From the IMG/VR virus record IMGVR_UViG_3300032242_001844: 64,000 bases of DNA; one strand, 5' to 3'. The notes beneath the pieces were generated by a model. It saw nothing but the letters and a program-made list of their open reading frames with translations. It ran no database searches and was not told the origin of the DNA. Origin of the DNA: a virus. Both the position numbers and the translations under genes were made by a program. This document shows positions 9,151 to 16,345 of the stretch, piece after piece; within the stretch, counting starts at the first letter, position 1, and each line of letters starts with the position of its first letter.

Positions 9151-9226
9151 TGCCTGTCGTATGGGGATCGAACCCATCTCTCAACCGACTCCGCAGTTGT
9201 ATCCTATTCCCATAGACGAACGACCA
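9151..9226 (-). ncRNA. tRNA-like RNA with 8-nt anticodon loop (pseudo-tRNA)
   Basis: Intact T-arm ATGGG-TTCGATC-CCCAT and D-arm; loop GCGGAGTC lacks U33; imperfect acceptor; no full CCA. Confidence 0.6.
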
Positions 9227-9256
9227 GTAGGTTTGCAACCCTACTGTTGGCAAACT

Positions 9257-9329
9257 TGGTTGCGGTCGCTGGTGACGCTCCAGTTCTGTTGGTTATGAGC
9301 CAACCGTGGCACTTTTCCACTACCCCGCA
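9257..9329 (-). tRNA. Atypical tRNA-Met(CAU)
   Basis: GTTGG-CT-CAT-AA-CCAAC, CCA; T-loop AGCGTCA and mismatched lower acceptor stem. Confidence 0.65.
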
Positions 9330-9336
9330 ATAATTT

Positions 9337-9424
9337 TGGTGGGACGGGTTGGATTCGAACCAACTCCGTTTCTATGTAACGGGTTTACAGCCCGCCGCCC
9401 ATCCGCCGTCTGAGCAGCCGTCCC
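9337..9424 (-). tRNA. tRNA-Tyr(GUA)
   Basis: CT-GTA-AA, long variable region, CCA. Confidence 0.93.
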
Positions 9425-9469
9425 AATATCTTTACATTACCACATTTAAATTATTTGTCAAGCACTATT

Positions 9470-9784
9470 TTAGCTTGGATTTTCTGGTTTCTTTTCTTGG
9501 TATTTTTCAAATTTTTTCTGATCAGCAGGTTCAAACTTTGTACCGCTAGCAACACCACAGAATCTGCCATCACTTTGCTCTAGTAGAACTGTCCATGTGC
9601 TTGTTTTAGGACTTACCAACATTATCATATGGCGATTTTGAGGATCAAGAAATTCAGCAAAAGGTATTTCACCATATTGAGAATTTAAATATCCAAATAT
9701 TTTCTCACCAACTGCACAAAGTGGGCCGTTTTCTTGCGCCAAAGCCGTGGTTGAAATTAATAATAGCGGTAATAGATATTTCAT
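9470..9784 (-). CDS. Small secreted protein
   Basis: Signal peptide (ALA-Q), two Cys, YGEIP motif. Confidence 0.7.
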   Translation of the reverse strand: MKYLLPLLLISTTALAQENGPLCAVGEKIFGYLNSQYGEIPFAEFLDPQNRHMIMLVSPKTSTWTVLLEQSDGRFCGVASGTKFEPADQKKFEKYQEKKPENPS

Positions 9785-9814
9785 TTTTTTCCCTTTATTA
9801 GGTATTTAATAAAA

Positions 9815-9889
9815 TGGTACCGTCTACTGGTATCGATCCAGTTCTACGAGTGCCACAAACTCGTGTGCAACCTTTAACACTTAGACGGC
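9815..9889 (-). tRNA. tRNA-His(GUG), no G-1, A73
   Basis: TT-GTG-GC loop; acceptor GCCGTCT/AGACGGT followed by A-CCA; base at -1 is T. Confidence 0.9.
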
Positions 9890-9966
9890 ATTAAACTAAA
9901 AAGTCATGATCATTACTGACCATGACTTAATATACCATATTATTTTACACTGTCAAGCGTTTTTAA

Positions 9967-10614
9967 TTAAGCGTAGGTACCGAGACTAGGGTTAGCAATT
10001 ATAGGCGGTAGATACTTTTGATTATTTGCCTTTGCGTTAGATTGTGTATTTTTAACAATCGTGTTTAATGTTGCTTGATGTTTTATAAGATCACTTGAGG
10101 TTTGAAATTGGTTAGCAATTACTTTTTTAAATTTATTAGCGCCAAATGTTTTAAATTGCTGTTGAAACGCTTGATCAGTTGGAAGCATTCCATCATTAAC
10201 ATTATTAGTTGCACGAGGAACATACCAAGATTGGCCAGTTACTGTGTTAGTAAATTGTTCTACGATGTATTGTGGCGGAGGCATATAAGTTCCGCCAAAC
10301 TGTGGAGGAACAGCGCCAATATTTTGTAATGGAAGAGGACCAATATTTGGAGGACCAGCGTCACCGTTTCCAAAGTTTCCAATACCACCACCAAAACCTT
10401 GTGGAGGATTTGCTCCGCCTAATCCACCTATTGCACCTATTCCTAGTGCTCCTATAAAATTAGCAAAACCGCCACCAACTGGTGGAAGATAGTTAGAAAT
10501 TGACTGACCACCGCCACCTGCAAGACCTACTCCATTAACGGGAGTAGCTGGTGCTGCGGCAATACCGCCAATTGAACCAAGTCCACCATAGACGCTATTT
10601 ACAACTGCAACCAT
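9967..10614 (-). CDS. Gly/Pro/Asn-rich hypothetical protein
   Basis: GGAG RBS and TATAAATA upstream; low-complexity N-terminal half. Confidence 0.65.
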   Translation of the reverse strand: MVAVVNSVYGGLGSIGGIAAAPATPVNGVGLAGGGGQSISNYLPPVGGGFANFIGALGIGAIGGLGGANPPQGFGGGIGNFGNGDAGPPNIGPLPLQNIGAVPPQFGGTYMPPPQYIVEQFTNTVTGQSWYVPRATNNVNDGMLPTDQAFQQQFKTFGANKFKKVIANQFQTSSDLIKHQATLNTIVKNTQSNAKANNQKYLPPIIANPSLGTYA

Positions 10615-10670
10615 TTAAAAATCTCCATTTCTTTAATAGTATTTATAACAGTTAAAGAAAATAGCATCGC

Positions 10671-11150
10671 CTATGCTGAGTATTTTAAAGCTATTGTAAT
10701 TCTAGGTTGATTTCTATAGCTAGTAGCGCGATGTCTAATTTTTCCATCAAACATAACCAATCTAGCTGGGTAATTTAAAACACCAGTAATCTTGTCATCT
10801 ATTAAAAATTGTGTTTCGCCACCCATATCACTATCATATCCTTGTGTAATATAAAAAAGACAAGTTAGTACATTGCCGTCGCTATGAAAATATGGATTTT
10901 CAGATGGAAAAAACAAATTTATATATGCTCTTTTAATTTTCATATCTAATACCGATGGGTTTTTTGAAACTATAATATTATGTAAGGTTTTAAACAACGC
11001 TTCATCTGGCAACAACTCATCAATCATGCCAGTAGGCGGAGTAAGAGCAGTATCTGTTTCGCCATATCTAAACTTTCGGTCATTTAACACATGGTTGTAT
11101 ATGTTAATATTATCTTCATAGCTCATTACTTTGTCATAAATGTCTAACAT
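10671..11150 (-). CDS. 2OG-Fe(II) oxygenase (prolyl-4-hydroxylase-like)
   Basis: FHSD, GGET, HRA and RITIA motifs. Confidence 0.8.
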   Translation of the reverse strand: MLDIYDKVMSYEDNINIYNHVLNDRKFRYGETDTALTPPTGMIDELLPDEALFKTLHNIIVSKNPSVLDMKIKRAYINLFFPSENPYFHSDGNVLTCLFYITQGYDSDMGGETQFLIDDKITGVLNYPARLVMFDGKIRHRATSYRNQPRITIALKYSA

Positions 11151-11167
11151 GCTAATCTTTCTAACGG

Positions 11168-11764
11168 TTAACTAATTTTTAAATTAAATGCAATAGAAAT
11201 TCTTGTATCATCTGTTTTGTTTGGTTCAACTCTATGTGTTAACCAACTTGGAAAAAGAACAATTTTTCCTATTCTTGGTTTATAATAAATGCTTTTACTA
11301 AAACTATTAGATGGAAATCGTTGTAATTTAGTAGATACATTTGGATTTGAAAATACAATATTGCCATCGTTGGCATTTGTTTGATAGTAATATACGCCGC
11401 TTATATCGCCAGTATGTTCATGATCAAATTGATAATCATTTTTATTATAAAAATTAATCCAACTTTCTATCATTTTAATTTTATAATCAGTATTTCCAGT
11501 TCCATCATATTTTACATCATTGCAAAATTCTATTGCACATTTTTCAATTATTTTATACAAGTGTGTTAGTGCAAACTCACTGACAACATCGTTGATCATG
11601 CCATGTTTAAATGTTGTTTTTACTGTATCATTGAATGGATTTGATAAATCTTTTAAAGTCATTCTTTCAAGATTTTCAAATATTTCTTGTTGTATTGGTG
11701 AGTATTCATCAAATACAAGATCATTATAGTACACTGGAGTAGGAAACCAATTCTCAACAGTCAT
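11168..11764 (-). CDS. 2OG-Fe(II) oxygenase (TIGR02466-like)
   Basis: WFPTP, SWIN, HEH, ISGVYY, LFPSWLTHRV, RISIAFN; start refined to MTVENW. Confidence 0.85.
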   Translation of the reverse strand: MTVENWFPTPVYYNDLVFDEYSPIQQEIFENLERMTLKDLSNPFNDTVKTTFKHGMINDVVSEFALTHLYKIIEKCAIEFCNDVKYDGTGNTDYKIKMIESWINFYNKNDYQFDHEHTGDISGVYYYQTNANDGNIVFSNPNVSTKLQRFPSNSFSKSIYYKPRIGKIVLFPSWLTHRVEPNKTDDTRISIAFNLKIS

Positions 11765-11779
11765 AATAACCTTAAATGT

Positions 11780-11854
11780 TGGAGCGGACGAAGGGGGTCG
11801 AACCCTCGACATCGACCTTGGCAAGGTCGCGCTCTACCACTGAGCTACATCCGC
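11780..11854 (-). tRNA. tRNA-Gly(GCC)
   Basis: TT-GCC-AA, U73, CCA. Confidence 0.95.
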
Positions 11855-11864
11855 ATTTATACTA

Positions 11865-12521
11865 TTATATAGTATTTTCTATATATGTCCACATAATTAT
11901 TGCTTGTTTTTCATTTATACCATTTGCAATATAATTATCGCTGCTATGAAATTTTGCACGATTGCTAGCAAACAATGAACCAGCTTCCCATTTAAAAATT
12001 TCATCAAGTGTTAAGAATTTTAATAATATTTTTTCCTCATGCGAAAGATATTTTTGATGAAATACAGCATCTAATTCTTTCTTATCTGGTTTAATTTTGT
12101 TTTCTTTTGCCCATTGTTTAACTCTCTTAATATATGGGCTTATCTCATTAAACACTATTGTATGACTATTGTATGTTTCTAGAGGTATAATAAAAGTCCA
12201 AGCTGGTGTTCTATTATTAGGATATGCTCCGCCAGTGATATGATCAAATTCACCACTAAGAACATCGCTGTGTATGCCATATGGTATCATACTATGTAAC
12301 ATGTGTGCATGCTCAATCTTGACAGATTTGTCAAAATGTTCTTCAATTTTTTCACTAAAATAATCTATTGCATCATTGGTACATAACTTAGTTTTAGCAT
12401 CAATGTTTCCAGTATATGGATTTTTATATTCAACAAACGGTATATGTAAAATTTTGTTTTTAAATTCTTCGATTTCAGACAAAGATATAAAATTTGAAAT
12501 AGTTTTATTTTTTATTTCCAT
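11865..12521 (-). CDS. Putative 2OG-Fe(II) oxygenase-like protein
   Basis: IHSD...FHSS; start refined to MEIKNK (TAAATA-N5-ATG). Confidence 0.55.
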   Translation of the reverse strand: MEIKNKTISNFISLSEIEEFKNKILHIPFVEYKNPYTGNIDAKTKLCTNDAIDYFSEKIEEHFDKSVKIEHAHMLHSMIPYGIHSDVLSGEFDHITGGAYPNNRTPAWTFIIPLETYNSHTIVFNEISPYIKRVKQWAKENKIKPDKKELDAVFHQKYLSHEEKILLKFLTLDEIFKWEAGSLFASNRAKFHSSDNYIANGINEKQAIIMWTYIENTI

Positions 12522-12575
12522 GACAATATTTATTGGGTCTTTTTCAATAAATATTTTTTTAGGGAGATGGCAACT

Positions 12576-12737
12576 ATGGCTAAGGCAAAAGGTGGCGCTA
12601 ATGGCGCAGCAAAAGTTACCTTCAGTAAAAGCAGCGTTAAAAAACGCACTAGTATTGGTAATGGTAAAGCAAGTCGCCCTAAAAATAAAAGTGTTCGCCG
12701 TTCTACTAAAGCATATGTTGGTCAAGGTAAACCATAA
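12576..12737 (+). CDS. Small highly basic protein (53 aa)
   Basis: MAKAKGGANG...KKRTSIGNGK...KAYVGQGKP; GGAG RBS and TAAATA upstream; missed by the ORF track. Confidence 0.7.
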   Translation: MAKAKGGANGAAKVTFSKSSVKKRTSIGNGKASRPKNKSVRRSTKAYVGQGKP

Positions 12738-12740
12738 ATT

Positions 12741-12815
12741 TGGTGCTCTCCCCAAGATTCGAACTTGGAACTGAAGTTTCGTAGACTTCGGTGATATCCA
12801 TTTCACCAAGAGAGC
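12741..12815 (-). tRNA. tRNA-Arg(ACG)
   Basis: CT-ACG-AA, CCA. Confidence 0.93.
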
Positions 12816-12819
12816 ATAA

Positions 12820-12895
12820 TGGTAGACCGTGAGGGATTTGAACCCCCGACAAAGTGATTAAGAGTCACCTGCTCTACCAACTGAGCTAACGGTCC
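12820..12895 (-). tRNA. tRNA-Lys(CUU)
   Basis: CT-CTT-AA, CCA. Confidence 0.95.
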
Positions 12896-12902
12896 ACAAA
12901 TT

Positions 12903-12979
12903 TGGTGCTGCTGACTGTACTCGAAACAGTTTAAACCACCTTATGAGAGTGGTGCGATAGCCGCTACCGCCCCAGCAGC
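12903..12979 (-). tRNA. tRNA-Met/Ile2(CAU)
   Basis: CT-CAT-AA, CCA; Met versus Ile2 cannot be resolved by eye. Confidence 0.85.
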
Positions 12980-12985
12980 ATTGTT

Positions 12986-13060
12986 TGGTTGGCAAAGGCG
13001 GGATCGAACCGCCACTCTTTCCCTTATCAGGAGAATGCTTTACCATTAAGCTACTTGCCA
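12986..13060 (-). tRNA. tRNA-Ile(GAU)
   Basis: CT-GAT-AA, CCA. Confidence 0.93.
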
Positions 13061-13066
13061 GTAATT

Positions 13067-13140
13067 TGGTGCTCCCAACGGGAGTTGAACCCGTCTCTGC
13101 AGATTGAAAGTCTGTTATCCTTCCGATAGACGATGGGAGC
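13067..13140 (-). tRNA. tRNA-Glu(UUC)
   Basis: CT-TTC-AA, CCA. Confidence 0.93.
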
Positions 13141-13146
13141 ATAATT

Positions 13147-13208
13147 TGAGCGGCAGCGGGGAATCGAACCCCGTGGTTGTTAGTTAAAGCACCCATGCAA
13201 ACCACCGC
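13147..13208 (-). ncRNA. Anticodon-armless tRNA-like RNA (Gly-type acceptor)
   Basis: Acceptor GCGGTGG/CTGCCGC-T73, perfect T-arm CGGGG-TTCGATT-CCCCG, mini D-arm, no anticodon stem. Confidence 0.65.
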
Positions 13209-13220
13209 ATTAAATTGTGT

Positions 13221-13295
13221 TGGCGACTCCAGAGGGGATTGAACCCTCATCCCCTGATAGACAGTCAAGGATAATAGCCATTATAAGATGGAGCC
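13221..13295 (-). tRNA. tRNA-Asp(GUC)
   Basis: CT-GTC-TA, G73, CCA. Confidence 0.93.
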
Positions 13296-13515
13296 TTTTG
13301 TTTTTATCTCAATAAAGTAGTCTCGTTTATCATAGTATAGACCATCAGGTTCGTCTTTTACTTCTTTGAAGAACCGCCAGTTTTGTAAATTAAACATAAC
13401 GCCCCATTCCTCTTTTGAATATATGGTGTATGTCTTTGTTAAAGTATGCAGACCGCCTATTACATAAACAGTAATATCAATGCGTTCATCTTTTGTTTCT
13501 AAGTACAGTCCCGTT

Positions 13516-13767
13516 TCACTTGTTTTTTCCTTTTTTAATGTTATATTTTACACCAACCCATGTTCCTGCAAATGCACCTAAACACGCAGGAAGCAGTAAC
13601 CAGTGATTATCTACATATCCAATCGTTGCAATACTAGCAACAAAGAATACAAAAGTTGCCATAGATGATGCATGAAGTGCTTTGTTATTTTCAATGCTTT
13701 TAAGATAAATCGCATAGAAAATATCAACTACAAACATTGACGCAAATACTAATACAGCTTCTATCAT
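13516..13767 (-). CDS. Small membrane protein (about 3 TM)
   Basis: Start refined to MIEAVL after AAAGGA; hydrophobic throughout. Confidence 0.65.
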   Translation of the reverse strand: MIEAVLVFASMFVVDIFYAIYLKSIENNKALHASSMATFVFFVASIATIGYVDNHWLLLPACLGAFAGTWVGVKYNIKKGKNK

Positions 13768-13784
13768 AGTTAATCCTTTTATAA

Positions 13785-13861
13785 TGGTGCCCAAAGTCAG
13801 ACTCGAACTGACAACATTCCGATTTTGAGTCGGACGCCTCTACCAATTGGACTATTCGGGC
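13785..13861 (-). tRNA. tRNA-Leu(CAA), short variable loop
   Basis: CT-CAA-AA, 5-nt variable region, A73, CCA. Confidence 0.9.
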
Positions 13862-13866
13862 ATTAA

Positions 13867-13942
13867 TGGTGCAAAGTCTTGGGATCGAACCAAGTTGGCT
13901 GGATTTTCAGTCCAGTGCAATGACCACATTTGCTAACTTTGC
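13867..13942 (-). tRNA. tRNA-Phe(GAA)
   Basis: CT-GAA-AA, CCA. Confidence 0.95.
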
Positions 13943-13950
13943 ATTTAAGT

Positions 13951-14028
13951 TGGAGGGGAAGGTGGGACTTGAACCCACATTATCAGGTTTTGCAGACCTT
14001 GGCGTAACCGTTCCGCGCACACTTCCCC
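13951..14028 (-). tRNA. tRNA-Cys(GCA)
   Basis: CT-GCA-AA, U73, CCA. Confidence 0.92.
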
Positions 14029-14030
14029 AA

Positions 14031-14663
14031 TTATAGTTTATCTACGAACTCACGCAACATTGCATGATGACGACCACCATGCCAGTAATCTGGCATATAC
14101 TGCCATGCATCAAACCAATACTGTTGGCTCTCAGGATGACAACCAATGATACCTACATTGCCTTGCTTGATAGCCATAGCATCGCCGTTAGCATAGGTAG
14201 CAACCGTCTCAAACTTGCGTTTGTTACCTACCAATGCACACCCATCATAGAAGTACATAGAGTCGCGTTTGCCCTTCCATGTAACATCTGCGACCGTGCC
14301 ATATGAACGAGCAATGTCGGTATTAGGGCGTTTGATATACTGGACAGCATCTACGCTATCAAGCAAATCAAAATAGTGGCTACCCGCCCAATATGCGCCC
14401 ATACAGATACCAAGGTACTTGCCGCCATGCGCAACAAAATCTTGGATCATCTCTACTTTGTCGCCAAGCAAGTAATCAAATGATTGGCTATCACCGATAC
14501 CGCCAGGAAATGCTACAATATCAGCTTCACCTAAGACAGCGCCAAAGTCATCATCTACCCGAAAGGTCTCAACATCATAAGCACCACTTAAGGCGGCAAT
14601 CATGCCATTTACGCAGTCGCGTGAGCACACTGGATGATGAGAAAAAAGAGCAATTTTACGCAT
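14031..14663 (-). CDS. BPL-N / class I glutamine amidotransferase-like protein
   Basis: FPGG, YLGICMGAY nucleophile elbow, HPE triad. Confidence 0.8.
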   Translation of the reverse strand: MRKIALFSHHPVCSRDCVNGMIAALSGAYDVETFRVDDDFGAVLGEADIVAFPGGIGDSQSFDYLLGDKVEMIQDFVAHGGKYLGICMGAYWAGSHYFDLLDSVDAVQYIKRPNTDIARSYGTVADVTWKGKRDSMYFYDGCALVGNKRKFETVATYANGDAMAIKQGNVGIIGCHPESQQYWFDAWQYMPDYWHGGRHHAMLREFVDKL

Positions 14664-14722
14664 GGATTTCTCCTAAACTGTTTATATTTTTAATATATCA
14701 CAGATTTAAAACTTGTCAACTG

Positions 14723-14959
14723 TCAATTTTTTGACACTTTTTGGTACTGATCGTGCCAGAATTTAGAGGCTGTCCGCAACTTAAAGTTGCTTTCCCGTAC
14801 ATATTCTAGCAGTGCTCTGGCTAAGGTTTCCTGTTCGGATCGCCAAGCAGCGTCAGGCTCAGTAGCCATCTTATCAAGCAGTCCCTGAGCCATATCAATA
14901 TATGGACAAGTATCTTCGGGAATAACAGGTTTGTCAAGTGGTTTAGGAGTTCTAGCCAT
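14723..14959 (-). CDS. Hypothetical protein
   Basis: PEDTCPYID motif; sigma70 promoter directly upstream (leaderless). Confidence 0.6.
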   Translation of the reverse strand: MARTPKPLDKPVIPEDTCPYIDMAQGLLDKMATEPDAAWRSEQETLARALLEYVRESNFKLRTASKFWHDQYQKVSKN

Positions 14960-15003
14960 ATTACTAATATATCATGTTTTTTTAAGGTTGTCAAGAGAAA
15001 AAT

Positions 15004-15077
15004 TGGCACCACCGCTAGGATTTGAACCCAGACCAAAGGTTTTGGAGACCCTTACGCTACCATTACGCCACGGTGAT
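15004..15077 (-). tRNA. tRNA-Trp(CCA)
   Basis: CT-CCA-AA, G73, CCA; first tRNA of the array in transcription order. Confidence 0.95.
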
Positions 15078-15175
15078 GTATTAAATTTTGCCTTGCTGAA
15101 ACCACCTGCATCCATTTGGAGCCAGTACTAGTCAAGGGCTACTCTTATGCTTGGGGAGTAGCGTCCCGTAGATAT

Positions 15176-15206
15176 AAAAAAACCCCCGAAACTTTCGTTT
15201 CAGGGG
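15176..15206 (-). terminator. Intrinsic terminator of the putative attenuator
   Basis: CCCCTGAAAC-GAAA-GTTTCGGGGG followed by T7. Confidence 0.9.
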
Positions 15207-15250
15207 CAAGTGCATACTCTAATGTGCGATCACATTAGGCACACGCCCCC
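15202..15250 (-). promoter_or_regulatory. Antiterminator hairpin of the putative attenuator
   Basis: GGGGGCGTGTGC pairs with GCACTTGCCCCT around inner CTAATGTG-ATCG-CACATTAG, sequestering CCCCT of the terminator. Confidence 0.75.
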
Positions 15251-15315
15251 TCAATCCAGAAACCTTCTGGCATGCGGCAAATGTTATAATCATTATGTTT
15301 AGGCGTGTTAGTCAT
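15235..15315 (-). CDS. Leader peptide, 26 aa, MTNTPKHNDYNICRMPEGFWIEGACA
   Basis: GAGAG SD about 5 nt before ATG; the stop TAA lies inside the antiterminator. Confidence 0.75.
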   Translation of the reverse strand: MTNTPKHNDYNICRMPEGFWIEGACA

Positions 15316-15337
15316 GTTTGCTCTCAATTTGTAGTTC

Positions 15338-15367
15338 TATTTATACACGATAAAAAATATTTGTCAA
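15338..15367 (-). promoter_or_regulatory. Promoter of the leader/tRNA transcript (sigma70-like and T4 late-like overlap)
   Basis: TTGACA-N16-TATAAA; the -10 box is also a perfect TATAAATA. Confidence 0.7.
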
Positions 15368-15370
15368 GAA

Positions 15371-16300
15371 TTATTTTATGCTTGCCCAAACTTTTTTTAC
15401 ATCACTCTTTTGTGCAGTAGTTAGCGGAACATAATCTAGTTCTTCTGCCATCTTGTCATTAGCATAGCCAAATTCAAAAAACTTGATTGCAGCCTTTGAA
15501 GCATCACTATCGCTTGGTGCTTTATACATTACGATATAAGAAGTAGCAACCATTGGCCAAGTAGTTTGGAAAGCCTTTAGGCTTGGAGAAACTGCCTTGC
15601 CATCGCTACCAATCATATTAGCTGTAGTAAGATCATTCTGCTTTGCATATGCATATTCTACATAACCAATTGAACCATTGGTTTGTTGAACATTAGCTGC
15701 AACGCCAGCGTTACCATTAGCGCCAATAGCACCGCCTATCCATTCAATTGATTGTCCAAAGTTATATGTCTTCTTCCAATCGGCATTTGCTTCTGCAAGG
15801 AAGCGTGTGAAATTCCAAGTAGTACCGCTACCATCACTACGACGAATCTTAATGATTGGAAGATCAGGTAGTGCAACACCAGGATTGATTGCTGCAATTT
15901 CCTTGTCATTCCAACGCTTGATCTTTTCCATATAGATTTTAGCAAGGATATCGGTTGAAAGCGTTAGCTTGCCACTTGCAACTTCTTTGAGATTTACAAC
16001 TGGAACAATACCACCAACGATCATAGGGAACTGTACTTGACCTTTCTTTTCTAGGTCTTCTGGCTTTACTGGAATGTCAGTAGCACCAAATGTAACTGTT
16101 TTAGCTTCAATCTGCTTCATACCTGCGCCACTACCGATTGATTGATAGTTTAGTGTATTGCCTGAACTCTTCTTATAAGCATCTGCCCATTTTGCATAGA
16201 TTGGATATGGGAAGGTAGCACCTGCACCTGTAATTTCAGCAGCATAAGCTGCTGTACCAATAATCGTTGCTGCTGCAACTGCGAGTAGTCTGGTTAGCAT
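15371..16300 (-). CDS. pstS: Phosphate ABC transporter substrate-binding protein
   Basis: Signal peptide; GAGATFPYP, YQSIGSGAG, RRSDGSGTT, IGYVEYAYA. Confidence 0.95.
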   Translation of the reverse strand: MLTRLLAVAAATIIGTAAYAAEITGAGATFPYPIYAKWADAYKKSSGNTLNYQSIGSGAGMKQIEAKTVTFGATDIPVKPEDLEKKGQVQFPMIVGGIVPVVNLKEVASGKLTLSTDILAKIYMEKIKRWNDKEIAAINPGVALPDLPIIKIRRSDGSGTTWNFTRFLAEANADWKKTYNFGQSIEWIGGAIGANGNAGVAANVQQTNGSIGYVEYAYAKQNDLTTANMIGSDGKAVSPSLKAFQTTWPMVATSYIVMYKAPSDSDASKAAIKFFEFGYANDKMAEELDYVPLTTAQKSDVKKVWASIK

Positions 16301-16345
16301 ATGGTTTTCTCCTTTGAAATGCTAAACATAATTTATCATACTATT

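Noticed and set aside
13147-13208. tmRNA tRNA-like domain
   Set aside because: No G3-U70 or A73 alanine identity and no tag reading frame.
12858-13268. 136-aa ORF (also 9019-9333, 9349-9549, 14821-15036, 14931-15131)
   Set aside because: These overlap tRNA genes and are chance open frames in GC-richer RNA sequence.
13266-13548. Open frame in +1 relative to 13516-13767 (possible frameshift fusion)
   Set aside because: No canonical slippery site in the required frame; an internal ATG or chance explains it equally well.
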